Source: a virus (taxonomy: Duplodnaviria; Caudoviricetes). Taken from it: a stretch of DNA of 53,373 bases. Below the pieces are notes generated by a model that saw only the letters and a list, made by a program, of their open reading frames with translations, searched no databases and was not told where the DNA came from. The DNA lies in the IMG/VR virus record IMGVR_UViG_3300041964_000194, positions 1 to 53,373 of that record. One strand, given 5' to 3'. A program made the position numbers and the translations under genes. This document shows positions 40,826 through 51,152 of the stretch, in pieces. Numbering within the stretch: the first letter of the stretch is position 1; every line of letters starts with the position of its first letter.

Positions 40826-41069
40826 CTAGTCACAGCACTAGTCACACTGGAAACAAAAAATTTTCAGAGCGCTTGTTTGGCAAGGAATTGAGCGATCGAG
40901 TTCGGACTGGGGGGCTAGTCCCTCATCTGCATTGGCTGAGATGTAGACGTAGCAAGAAACCTAGACACAGCAACCGCTTCCAGCCCTGCTTTTGCTTTGT
41001 GCAGCATTGAGCAATTTTGAGCAGGTTTTTGCAGTTTTGCCAAAACTTATAGTCACAAATCTAGTCACA
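40826..41069 (+). repeat. Integrase arm-type direct repeats (C/A)TAGTCACA x4
   Basis: Copies at 40826, 40838, 41049 and 41061; two tandem pairs, each with a 12-bp period. Confidence 0.65.
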
Positions 41070-41117
41070 GCGTAGGCTCTTACTAATCCTTCGATCGATC
41101 CTAAGGGATGTTTCCTA

Positions 41118-42233
41118 ATGGACGTTTCAGATCTTGTCGAGGCCGCAAACCAGAGGCTTAGGCTGGCACGGATTGCCGCGTCGATCGAGCTGCGCGGCAA
41201 AGAGCAGCGACTCTACCTGCGAGCCACACTGCCGCCAAAACCGGGACACCCGCGATCGTATCCCTACCAGCAACGCATTTGTCTGAACCTACTAGGAACA
41301 CCCAGAGCAGTGAAATTTGCAGAGGCGCAAGCAAAACTGCTGGGAGCGGAGCTGGAAACAAAAAGCTTTGATTGGAGCCGCTGGGACTATTCACCCCATC
41401 GCCCCACAGCAGAGACGATCGCGGACTGGGTGCAGCGATTTGAGGAGGATTTTTGGAGCCGGAGAGAGCGAGATTCTGGGCGAGAGGCAACCTGGAAGAA
41501 TTATCTGAAGGTATTTCGGCATCTACCACTCGATCGCCCGCTCACCAGTGAAGTGCTGCGAAAGCGAATTAAAGACACAGACGAAGACTCGCACCATCGA
41601 CTACAAACCACACTGGTGCTTTGGCGACTGGCGAAATTTGCTCAGATCAAGGGCTGGGAAGATTTGATCAAGTTGAAGGGCAGATACTCTCCCAAGCGAG
41701 TAAATCCTCGATCGCTGCCAACTGACGAGACGATTGCCAAGGTGCAGCAGTCGGTCAGCGACCCTGGCTGGGCATGGATTATCGGTATGCTTGCGGCTTA
41801 TGGTCTGCGCAATCACGAAGTTTTTAAGCTGGACTTGAGCCAGTTTCCCAACATCCGGGTGGAACCAACCAACAAGACTCGCTCTTCTAGGCTGATTTAT
41901 CCGCTGTATCCCGAATGGGCTGAGCGCTGGAAACTAGGCGATCGAGTTCTACCAAACGTACAAATTCGACCTGGGATGGGCAACTCTGCGCTGGGTGCCA
42001 AAATTACGGCGGCGTTCTGGTATCAAGATTTGCCTTTCACGGCCTACGACTTGCGCCACTGCTTTGCCCGCCGCTGCTTCGAGTTCGGCATTCCGATCGA
42101 GACCGCAGCTCGACTGCTGGGGCACTCGGTCGATCGCCATCGGGAGACCTATCAGGCGTGGATTGGCGAATCATCGCACCGGTTTGCCTATGAGCGGCAA
42201 ATTAACAGGAGCGATCGACCTCTGCCGCCCTAA
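41118..42233 (+). CDS. Tyrosine integrase with N-terminal arm-binding domain
   Basis: RLYLRATLPPKPG N-domain; YGLRNHE, YDLRH, LGHS...H...Y. Confidence 0.93.
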   Translation: MDVSDLVEAANQRLRLARIAASIELRGKEQRLYLRATLPPKPGHPRSYPYQQRICLNLLGTPRAVKFAEAQAKLLGAELETKSFDWSRWDYSPHRPTAETIADWVQRFEEDFWSRRERDSGREATWKNYLKVFRHLPLDRPLTSEVLRKRIKDTDEDSHHRLQTTLVLWRLAKFAQIKGWEDLIKLKGRYSPKRVNPRSLPTDETIAKVQQSVSDPGWAWIIGMLAAYGLRNHEVFKLDLSQFPNIRVEPTNKTRSSRLIYPLYPEWAERWKLGDRVLPNVQIRPGMGNSALGAKITAAFWYQDLPFTAYDLRHCFARRCFEFGIPIETAARLLGHSVDRHRETYQAWIGESSHRFAYERQINRSDRPLPP

Positions 42234-42493
42234 CGCTGACTCTCAGGCAGCGACAGCCATTGCAGCACGCCTTCAATGTAGATTTTGATTTTGCGGTTGC
42301 GAGCACCGCGCGGCGCGGCATTACTCCAGATGCGCCCCTCATATTGCTGCCAGTCAGTGTCGATGCGGCGTCGCAGGCTGTGATAACTCCAGCCTGACCC
42401 TGCACGTTCAGATAAAATTTTTGCCGCCTCAGTTAAGTCGTGCAGCGTGGCAGAGCCAGGGAAGCGTGGTAGTGGAGAGGAAGGTTTAGGCAT
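42230..42493 (-). CDS. Excisionase-like winged-helix protein
   Basis: Small basic protein convergent on the integrase; LTEAAKIL...SLRRRI...KIKIYIEGV. Confidence 0.6.
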   Translation of the reverse strand: MPKPSSPLPRFPGSATLHDLTEAAKILSERAGSGWSYHSLRRRIDTDWQQYEGRIWSNAAPRGARNRKIKIYIEGVLQWLSLPESQR

Positions 42494-42707
42494 TGCGATC
42501 GCCTCCCTCTTTGCGTTTCACAGCTTCGATCGCTGCTGTTCTGGCTTTCACATACCTCTCGACTGGCTCTGAGGCGTGCTGTTGCACCGCCCAGCTTTGA
42601 TAGACCGATCGCTGGATTTGTGGCGGAACCATCCGCCAGTGCCGCCTACACATCAGCATCTGAGTTGGCATGATCGTCGTGCATCCGTCGGCGTGGCATT
42701 TGTGCAT
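42486..42707 (-). CDS. Small Cys/His phage protein
   Basis: CHADGC...MCRRHW..VP pattern. Confidence 0.65.
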   Translation of the reverse strand: MHKCHADGCTTIMPTQMLMCRRHWRMVPPQIQRSVYQSWAVQQHASEPVERYVKARTAAIEAVKRKEGGDRNA

Positions 42708-43139
42708 CTAAATCACCTCCACAATCGGCAGCTGCACCCGCCCAGGCGCGATCGCAGCAGGCTCAGCCAGCGGCTTTATCAGTTCGTCCCACTCGATCAG
42801 CACGCCTTCAAATGGGTAGCTGTACTGCTTGAGAAAGAACAGAAAAAACTCTTCGACACTGCCAAAGCCGTCCTTCGTCGCTAACTCAAGCAGTTGATCG
42901 AAGCTCAGTGCTGCCTGTGAGCCGTCGAGCCACACTTGCGCCTGGTCGATGCGAATCTGGCGAGTCGCAGTGCAAATGGCCTCTCCCAGCTTGCGCCGTT
43001 GGGGTGTGCGCTGCTGCTGCCAGTGGTAGAGCCGATCGCCCACTTTAATGGGGCGTTTGCGCTGCTGCCGGATGGTGCAGCGGCATTCGCCCGATTCAAC
43101 CTTGGCAGCCTTCCAGGGCTGAAATGAAAGTCCTGGCAT
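42708..43139 (-). CDS. ASCH-domain-like protein
   Basis: LSF...VESGECRCTIR...IKVGD...ATKDGF; start is ATG 43139. Confidence 0.7.
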   Translation of the reverse strand: MPGLSFQPWKAAKVESGECRCTIRQQRKRPIKVGDRLYHWQQQRTPQRRKLGEAICTATRQIRIDQAQVWLDGSQAALSFDQLLELATKDGFGSVEEFFLFFLKQYSYPFEGVLIEWDELIKPLAEPAAIAPGRVQLPIVEVI

Positions 43140-43525
43140 CAGCTCACCTCCGAGGCGATCGCGCCACTGAACGCCCGCGCAAACGATTCGGTTGCCTGTT
43201 GCAGGTCGGGATCGACCCACCATTTGGGGTTGCAGCGAACCTCGACCTTGCGGCCGTCGGTGGTGAGTGTCAGCGTTGCACCATCCCGAATGACAGAGAT
43301 GAGCGTGCCGCCAAAGCTAACGATCGCCACCGAGTTGAGGTGGGTCAGGTGATTGGCTGGCTCGCATTCTTCGAGCAGGTACTCGGTCGCCTGCTGGCCG
43401 CGTGGAGCATCGAGCAAGTAGAGGCGGAGCGATCGCCGGATGCGGTGTTCGCAGAAAAACAAAACGTTCTGCGGTTTGTGTCGAATCAAGGCTTTAGGGC
43501 GAACCCAGTCGGGGAATTTGCTCAC
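43139..43525 (-). CDS. Hypothetical protein
   Basis: 128 aa, with stop/start overlaps on both sides. Confidence 0.6.
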   Translation of the reverse strand: MSKFPDWVRPKALIRHKPQNVLFFCEHRIRRSLRLYLLDAPRGQQATEYLLEECEPANHLTHLNSVAIVSFGGTLISVIRDGATLTLTTDGRKVEVRCNPKWWVDPDLQQATESFARAFSGAIASEVS

Positions 43526-45888
43526 GATTCGTTTTCCCAGGGAATGTCTTCGTAGTCGTCTTCTGTCGCTTCTGACCGACTTGATGCACCGCTTTCGGAG
43601 GTGGGTCGGGAGGTGGGTCGCGCTAAAAGTGCTGAATTTTCGACACTTCCATCTTCTTTAGACCCACCTGACCCACCTGACCTACCTATTTGAAAGAAAG
43701 AAAGTCCGGGAAAAGTTGAAATTAGCGGCGGCGAATGATTTTCTTTTTGTTTGGTAGTTGATGCTGCCCCAAAAGGTTGGTCAGGTTGGTCGGCGATCGC
43801 CTGACTGTTTGCCTCGCTTGAGTTTGAGGTGTGACCCACCTCTGACAATACAGGTTGGTCAGGCGGGTCAGGTTGGTCGGGAGCCAGCCAAATTCGCAGC
43901 CGCTCCAGTCCTTTGCGAGCTTTGCGCCACCCAGCCATTCGCAGAATGTCGGCCACGCGCATCAGCATCCCCCGGTCTTGCCGTCCGGGTTCGATTTTGA
44001 GAACTTGGTCAAGGATGCTGCGGGTGGTCGTTTCCTTCAGTCCACTGAGTTCGGGCAGAATCACTTCTTGCCACGGGTCAGAGGTTTGGTACTCGGCGGC
44101 GATCGAGGCGGCGATCGTGTCCTCGTCCTGGGTCAAGTGCCACTGCTCCCCAGCTTTGTAGAGGGCGACTGCCGCAGCCCAGATGCGATCGCGTTCTGCT
44201 CCAACCGCTGGATATCGATCGGCTTCCGCAGTGGGACAACCCAAAAACGGCGGCTCCCAGTTGGGTCGCTCAAGAACTCGTCTTGGTTGGTCGTCCCGCA
44301 GATGACGCTGTGGCGCGGCATCCGCTCAACCTCGCGGCCATAGGGCGGACGCAGGTTGTCGGCAACTGAGGTCATGAACTGCTTGGTCTGACCGATCTCG
44401 CGGCGCTTGAAAATCGCCTCAATTTCGCCCCACTCAGCGAACCAGGTGCGATGCAGCTTCAGTCGCTCATCTTTGTCGGACGCATTGCCAAGCGAATCGT
44501 CGAACCAGTCAGGACTTGCCAGCGTCCGAAAGAAACTGGTTTTTTTGAAGCCTTGCTGGGCGCTCTGCAAGACGAGCGCTGTGTCCGCTTGGCAACCGGG
44601 ATTGAGGGCGCGGGCGACGGCAGCGATTAGTGTGCGTTTGGCAAAGACGTTGTAAATCGGTGCAGGTTGGCCGAAGTAGCGTACTGCAAAGGGTTCAAGC
44701 TCGATCGAGCCATCTGCTGCTGTAATGCCATCCAGAATGCTCGTGTCACTGCCGTGCCGCTGGTAGACCGGCTTCGAGGTATTCAGCAACCGGACTGTAG
44801 GCGTTGCGCTCTGCGAGTTCGCGAATAAACTCTTCGACATCTTCGCGCTTGAGTCCAATGTCGTGCTCGGTTGCTAGCTTCAGCCGCCACCGGCGCATTG
44901 GAAATGGCTTGCCATCTAGCTCGATCTGCTGGGTCAGTGTGTTGAGCCGCAGCCGCTTGCCCAGCAGCCGCTCGACTTTCTTAAATTGCAGGGCGATTTC
45001 GTTGGTTGGCTCTGGCTGCTCTGTGGCCGATGCTCGCTTCTTGCGATCGACGATCTGCTGTTGAGTTGCCAGCTCCCGTCTGAGCGTCTTGATGCCAAGG
45101 TTGGGGCATTCGGTCGCCACAACACCTAGCAGCAAATCTTGCTCTAATGCGGGCAGGTAAAGCGCTGCCAGTCGGAACAGCGATTTGACGCACCGCCCTA
45201 GCTTCTGAATGGGTAGCTTATCCCAGCGCTTGGGCAGCTCCAGCAGGAACTCGAGGGCTTCATTGCCAGCTTTAGCATTCGCTGATAGTCGCCAGCGGTG
45301 CGGCCTGACTTGAAGTACTCGCAGAGTCCAGCCTTTGGTTCGCCAGAATCTCCGGCACAAGCTGGATTTTGCCGCGCAGATAGTAGCCAGCGTGGACCAG
45401 GTTTGAGAAGACCTGCGGATTGGTCCAGCCATCGGCGTCGAAGACGATCGTCTCGCCACTGCCCTGCTTGAGCGCTTTGCGGTAGTGACTGACGCCTGCC
45501 AGCGCACCAGTGGCGATGCCGCCATGCAGCGTGCCCGCTGCCGCATCTTTAAAGCCCTCGGTGAGCACGCGACAGTTTGGCTCTGGCCTCCAGACTTGCG
45601 ATCGCGCCCCAACCGGGGTGAGATATTTGGCTGTGTCGCCGTTCGATCGCACCATGGCACATCGCACCGGAGCTGACTAAACGTGGACGTGAACGGGAAG
45701 TAGAGGCCATCTGACGATCGCCAGTGATTTCCCTCTTGGTCCCAGATTTTGAGATTCAAGGCTACAGCTTCGGCGGCGGTGAGCGATCGCACGCCCAGGC
45801 GCTGAAGCTGCTCGATCTGGTCGGGGGTAAAGCCTTCGCTAGTGAGGTGAGCGATGTGGCTTGCCGTGAGAGTGGAAGTTGCTTGCAT
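43522..45888 (-). CDS. Primase (DUF3854/TOPRIM-like) fused to VirE/VapE helicase (several indels)
   Basis: LTEGFKDA, ALAGV, IVFDAD; QQGFKKTSFF, EWGEI, RPPYGR, GTTNQDEFLSDPTGSRRFW. Confidence 0.85.
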
Positions 45889-46051
45889 TGCTAGTTACCT
45901 CTCTCGATCGATTGCTTGGCGGTCTTCGAGAGATTTCAGCTCGGTTGCAAGGGTGTGTAGGGTGACTTGAGTAAGGTCGGACATGATTAACGTAATCTCC
46001 GGTCTCGATCAATCGGTCTCTAGCTGCTGGGTCAGGTCGGACAGGGATTCA

Positions 46052-46345
46052 TCACGCTGCCACCTCCAGCCATTGAGCAGGGACAGCCAGAACCTCATAC
46101 GCGCAAAACGCCCGACCAATGCTCTCAGGCATGTCGGGCGCAAATACAATCTCGGCAACATCAGCGGCGATCGCGGGGGGCAGAATGCTGAGCGGAATTT
46201 CGTAGCACTCCAGACCGTCTAGGTCTAGCGTTGGCTCAACATCGATCGTGGTGACTGCCCAAAGTAGGGTGCTGAGGCGATCGAACAGGGTGTCTGTTCG
46301 CACAGACGAGTTCGGTTGTAAAGTACCGTTTACAGTTGTTATCAT
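46052..46345 (-). CDS. Hypothetical protein
   Basis: 97 aa acidic ORF in the leftward early operon. Confidence 0.5.
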   Translation of the reverse strand: MITTVNGTLQPNSSVRTDTLFDRLSTLLWAVTTIDVEPTLDLDGLECYEIPLSILPPAIAADVAEIVFAPDMPESIGRAFCAYEVLAVPAQWLEVAA

Positions 46346-46569
46346 TGGCTTCTATTGAAATTTGGATGGGCGCAGCGGGGTCGAAATCGCTGCGCCTGTT
46401 TTTTGTGGGCTATTGAGTTGTGATGCCTGCCTGCTGACGTGCGGACTCGGTGAGCCGATAAGTCAGCAGATCGTTTGCAGGCGGAAAATACTATTTGGCT
46501 GATGAAGGTATAGGGATTGAGGGATTTTCCCCGTCATCGTTTTTGGCGATCGATTGGGCAGACTCAGGG

Positions 46570-46760
46570 CTAGGAGGCGACGGGTTCGGCAGTCCTAATC
46601 GACGGCAGGTGTTGTTCTTCGCGATCGAGGTACTCGACTAGCGCTCGCTCAACCACGCCGTGCTCGCGCATTCCGCTCAGCCTTGCATAGTCCTTCAACC
46701 GTGCCGCAGTCGTTGGAAGCAGCAGAAGTTGCTTGCGAACAAATCTGTCTGGATGGTCAT
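46570..46760 (-). CDS. RHH regulator divergent from CI (Cro position; one indel; not in ORF track)
   Basis: MTIQTDFVRKQLLLLPTTAARLKDYARLSGMREHGVVERALVEYLDREE. Confidence 0.6.
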
Positions 46761-46774
46761 TGCTTTTACCAAGG

Positions 46775-46841
46775 TGGTAGTAGTTGCTATCACTAAGAAG
46801 ATAGTAGCACCTACCTACTGTCGGTCAAGCAACTACTACCA
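46775..46841. promoter_or_regulatory. Lysis/lysogeny switch operator region
   Basis: TGGTAGTAGTTGCT (46775-88) and AGCAACTACTACCA (46828-41) form a perfect 14-bp inverted repeat between divergent regulators. Confidence 0.65.
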
Positions 46842-46853
46842 GGGCTGCATGGT

Positions 46854-47249
46854 ATGACATGTCCTATTGATTGGTATGAATCCTTGATGAATGCTGAGTA
46901 CCGCCAGAGATTGTCTGATGCTGTCAGACGAGCAAGAGGCGATCGCACAATGCGGCGATTCGCCAAAGATCTCGGTGTCTCATACCCAGCGGTACGCAGT
47001 TGGGAAGAAGGCGAAAGTCTGCCAGGGCTGGAAAACCTAGAGGCGATCGCGGGAGCACTGGGTATGTCACTTGAGGAATTCCTTGCGTACCTACGAGACG
47101 AACCCTTGGAAGCCTCTACTCCAAGACCAAAGATTGCTGATGATCTGCTGCCCTTGGTGAAACATTTATCGCCAGATGAGCGCCGTCGTCTGGTGCATCT
47201 GCTTGTTGATCTGCTAGGCAGGGAGCAGGAAACCGATGAAAAAACATAA
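46854..47249 (+). CDS. XRE-family HTH repressor (CI-like)
   Basis: TMRRFAKDLGVSYPAVRSWEEGESLPGLENLEAIAGALG. Confidence 0.85.
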   Translation: MTCPIDWYESLMNAEYRQRLSDAVRRARGDRTMRRFAKDLGVSYPAVRSWEEGESLPGLENLEAIAGALGMSLEEFLAYLRDEPLEASTPRPKIADDLLPLVKHLSPDERRRLVHLLVDLLGREQETDEKT

Positions 47250-47368
47250 GCCAAAACGAGCCAAGAGTAGGCACAGCCCGATCGCCTACCCAATTCCCTA
47301 ACGGTTAGGGATTCTGGCTTTGTCCGGCAGCTAGCGAACTTAGGCCAAAATGAATTCAGAACATCAGC

Positions 47369-47393
47369 GCCCCGCCTCGTCGTGGGGCTTTTT
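47369..47393 (+). terminator. Terminator after repressor
   Basis: GCCCCGC / GTGGGGC stem followed by TTTTT. Confidence 0.55.
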
Positions 47394-47472
47394 CATGCAA
47401 TCTTTGCAGAGCTGATCTGTGGAAGTTTACGAATCGCTGAGGACAGTGAGATCGATGTTCTGACTCCCCCTC

Positions 47473-47814
47473 ATGAAACTCAAAGCTCTGCTTGGAGCGA
47501 TCGCGCTGCTGCCCGCCTGCTCTACAGCGCCGACATCTAAACAGAGTTGCCACACGCTCTCACTGCATTTCAAACGCGGAGCCACTGCAATGAGCCAATC
47601 TAATCGGCCTCCACAAAATCCCAGCCTCGTTGAACTTCGATTGATGCGACAGGAGCTTGCAAAACTTCGAGAAGAAGTCGCTGCATTTCGCGCCGAACTC
47701 GGCAGCAAAAAGCCGCCCGACATCACAGACCAGGTAGCCAGAGGCGTTGTCTTGGCTGGAGTTTTCTGGTTTGCGCTGATTTTCCTCTTTCAGGCTCTAT
47801 TCGCCCGACTGTGA
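47473..47814 (+). CDS. Membrane protein (lipobox-like N-terminus, coiled coil, C-terminal TM)
   Basis: MKLKALLGAIALLPAC and a C-terminal GVVLAGVFWFALIFLF; an alternative start is ATG 47590. Confidence 0.5.
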   Translation: MKLKALLGAIALLPACSTAPTSKQSCHTLSLHFKRGATAMSQSNRPPQNPSLVELRLMRQELAKLREEVAAFRAELGSKKPPDITDQVARGVVLAGVFWFALIFLFQALFARL

Positions 47815-47938
47815 GCGAATCGAAATCTCGATCGAGCTGTATTAGTCGATAAAATGCTACCTTTCGACGAAGCATTCTAGATCTTGGCAGCAAAACTCAT
47901 AGACTTTCTAGAAAGCAAAAATCTTTCATTTAAAGAGC

Positions 47939-49233
47939 ATGACTAATCAACCTTCTCAGCTAGATTTGTTTGGCTCGTCTGATGATAGCGAAAACTTCTT
48001 CAATCGCAAACAAAACTGGTCAATCATTAAACATCGCGTCATGCTGAGATATATTCAGTCGTTTTGTTACAACTTGGGTGGAGACAGCGAGTACCAATCT
48101 AAAACGCTGAACTATGTTGATGGATTTGCAGGTGAGGGACGGTATGAACAGGGAATTGGTATTGAGGAATTTGTAGATAAATCTAGTTTTTGGCAGCGGT
48201 ACGAGCATCGTTTTTCAAACACAGATGGCTCCCCTTTGATTGCCTTGCGATGCGCCAAAATCTTTCAGGATGAAGATCGAGTCAATTTGCGCTGCTTCTT
48301 TGCAGAAGCAGGAAAAAAAGAATACCCAAAATTAGTTGATAATTGTGCTTCTGTAGGGCAGGTTTGGAGTACAAATTTATGAGAGACAAACATTTGCCAA
48401 GACCTTGCCACAAATTATGAAAGATCTGCATGGATATCCAACTCTATTTTTCCTAGATTCCTATGGAGTCAAGGGAGTCGATTTTGAGCAGATGTGTTTG
48501 ATTGGTGACTATTTGAGCCAGTACAAGGTGAATTATTTGTGCTGTTTCACAATCGAACTGTAGCCGTGATGCAGGCTATTTCACTCAAAATCTGAAAAGC
48601 CGCGCATGATCCAAGCCGCCCAAACTTGTATGGGTCATCTGACCAAGCATTTAGGTGTAGATTCAGATCGTGATTGGCAACCACAAATGGTTGACACTTA
48701 AAGATCAGCCACAACAATTTGAGCGCTGGGCATTGCGCTACCTCAAAACAAGACTTCGGCGGGAGAGCCAGTTCAAGGGAGCTGCTAGCTTTGAGATTAA
48801 AGAGACTTATAACGAAACCCGACCTCAATACAGCATTTTAGTGTGCAGCAATCATCCAAAGAGGCGTTTGGGGAATTTCTAAATGAGTTTCGTCGCAGAT
48901 GAGAATCGATTGTTATATCATCAGGTCGATAAATCAGGACGGATCGCCAGTTTCTTGAGCGGGAATGGAATCGCGAAGTTAAAGAGCGAGTTGAACAATA
49001 GAGCCTGAAGTTAGAGCAGCATTAAAGCGAGTTAATCAAGGCTGGAGCCACTCAAAGAGGTTATCACTTTAGTTATTATAGAAATGATTTTGCTTGACTA
49101 TGATTTAGGCTATTTAAAGCGAACTCAATACAAAGAAATCATTCTTAATTTATACCAAGAAGGCATAATACAGGCTCAAAAACTAAATAAAAAAGGTGAT
49201 TTAACCCTTGAAAGTTTAATCAGAATAATATAA
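47939..49233 (+). CDS. tcmP: Three-Cys-motif partner protein TcmP-like (several indels)
   Basis: FF..KQNWSIIKH, YVDGFAGEG.Y, GSPLIA, LFFLDSYG; directly upstream of DUF5131. Confidence 0.75.
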
Positions 49234-49270
49234 GATTTAAAGTTTAAACAGTTTATTATCTGGGACTGTT

Positions 49271-50022
49271 ATGTCGGCACTTTCAGCGATCGAGTGGACT
49301 GAATCTACTTGGAACCCTACAACAGGCTGTAATAAAATCAGTCCAGGATGTACGCATTGCTACGCTGAAAGATTTGCTGAAAGATTTCGAGGAGTTCCTG
49401 GGCATCCCTATGAACAAGGATTTGATATCCGTCTTTGGCCTGATCGATTAACAATGCCACTGACTTGGAAAAAACCACGCTTAGTTTTTGTAAACTCGAT
49501 GAGTGATCTTTTTCATCCTGAGATTCCAGATGAGTTTATTAAAGCGGTATTTTCTATGATGCAGCAAGCACATTGGCATCAATTTCAGGTACTTACAAAA
49601 CGCCCTGAACGAATGCTTGAAATTGCTAAACAGATAGACAAGCTCTGCTAATGTTTGGGCTGGTGTGAGCGTAGAATCCCAAGCTTGGGCTTGGCGCGTT
49701 GATGTCTTAAGAGAGATTCCTGCTCAAATCCGGTTTCTGTCTTGTGAACCGCTGCTGGGAGATTTAAAGCTTCTGTTGGATGATATTCACTGGGTCATTG
49801 TTGGAGGCGAATCTGGTAATGGCGCAAGGCCAATGCAGGCAGAAATGGGTCAGAAACATTCGAGAGCAGTGCATCAGCGCCAAAGTTCCCTTTTTCTTCA
49901 AGCAGTGGGGCGGAGTGCAGAAGAAGCGGAACGGACGAACACTTGACGATAGAACTTGGGATGACTTTCCTCAATTTGGTGCAGCCCGCTGCTCAATCAA
50001 ACAGATAGCATTACCACTGTGA
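49271..50022 (+). CDS. DUF5131 (phage Gp37/Gp68, radical-SAM-like) protein (two indels)
   Basis: [70 protein letters not shown]. Confidence 0.92.
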
Positions 50023-50168
50023 GTAAGGTCTGCGTTTTACAGCCTTACTCAAAACTTATCCTCTAGGGGCAGGTTCTACAAAGCTCCGCACTGCTTGGGC
50101 TCTCACACAAAAAACAATTGCAACCGTGAGCGATGGGGTTTTTGATGCTTGTGTTTAGACGATCGCGT

Positions 50169-50673
50169 CTAAACAGCTTTCGTCTTAGCTCGTTGTCTAA
50201 ATCGTTTCAAAATCAATAACTTCAGATTTTTTCGCTGCCTCCAGATTTCATTAACGATGTTAGTGAGGGGTGGAATTACAAGCAGCATGTACTGTCCCAC
50301 AGTGTTGCTCTTGTTGCTTGCAACTTCAAGGCGGCTGGCATTTGCTCAGAGAAATCTTTCCAGTCAGCCCTGACCCAGAAAACATCGTTGTCAACCACAA
50401 TCAGTTGCTTGTTTCTGAGTGTGTCATCCAGGCCGCTGTCATCTAGAAATTTAATAATCTTTCTCACTGTTTGAAGCGAGGCTTCTTGCCGCAGATTCTT
50501 GATTGCTCGAATTTCGAGGATTTGCTCCCAAGCGTAAAGCACTGTTGGCTTAGAAGTCGCTCAATCCTCTCAGGTATAACTAGCCCCACTCGCTCTAAAT
50601 ACTGCAATCGATTAGACGTTGTTTCTGTAAGGGCTAGGGTTTCACGCCTTGTGAATCCCTCGATAAGACTCAT
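50169..50673 (-). CDS. MerR-like HTH regulator (indels; 3' end approximate)
   Basis: GFTRRETLALTETTSNRLQYLERVGLVIP...YAWEQILEIRAI..LR. Confidence 0.7.
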
Positions 50674-50885
50674 AGCCAGCTCCTCTTGTAAGGTGTACGA
50701 GCCTACCGATTGTATTCCTTAATAAAACTTATGTCACTGAGAGCATGATTTTTAAAGTTTTTAAGAAGCCTACGTATTCTTTCTGATGATATTTAGAATA
50801 CTCACCTTTACCTTTAAAAGCACATGAGCCAGAGATAGCGCTCTGGCTCATGTGTAAATCTACTGCCTAGAAGGAGGCATATCTC

Positions 50886-51017
50886 ATGAGCAAACAACGT
50901 AGAACAAGTGCTGGAGCAGCTAAAGCCGCTTCTCAAGTTCTCCGTAGCAAGACCGCTAGCAAGGCCGCTAAAAAAGCGGCTGGCTCTGCGCTCTCGCAGC
51001 GTGCTCCTAAAAAGTAG
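50886..51017 (+). CDS. Small basic Ala/Lys/Ser-rich protein, 43 aa (not in ORF track)
   Basis: AGGAGG RBS; MSKQRRTSAGAAKAASQVLRSKTASKAAKKAAGSALSQRAPKK. Confidence 0.7.
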   Translation: MSKQRRTSAGAAKAASQVLRSKTASKAAKKAAGSALSQRAPKK

Positions 51018-51152
51018 AATCCCTATTCTACTCGAAGCGAAACCCTTCTAGCACCTAGTCTTTAGTTGCTAGAGGCTGTTACGACAAACCCTCCTGAAAC
51101 TCAAAACTTGGGAGGGTTTTACCCCAAATGGTTTACCCGTTCATCCAGGTAA

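Noticed and set aside
2674-50673. Widespread frameshifts read as mass pseudogenisation or recoding
   Set aside because: The indels are mostly single-base, often in homopolymers, and affect all modules alike, with few clear in-frame nonsense changes. Long-read error is the simpler explanation.
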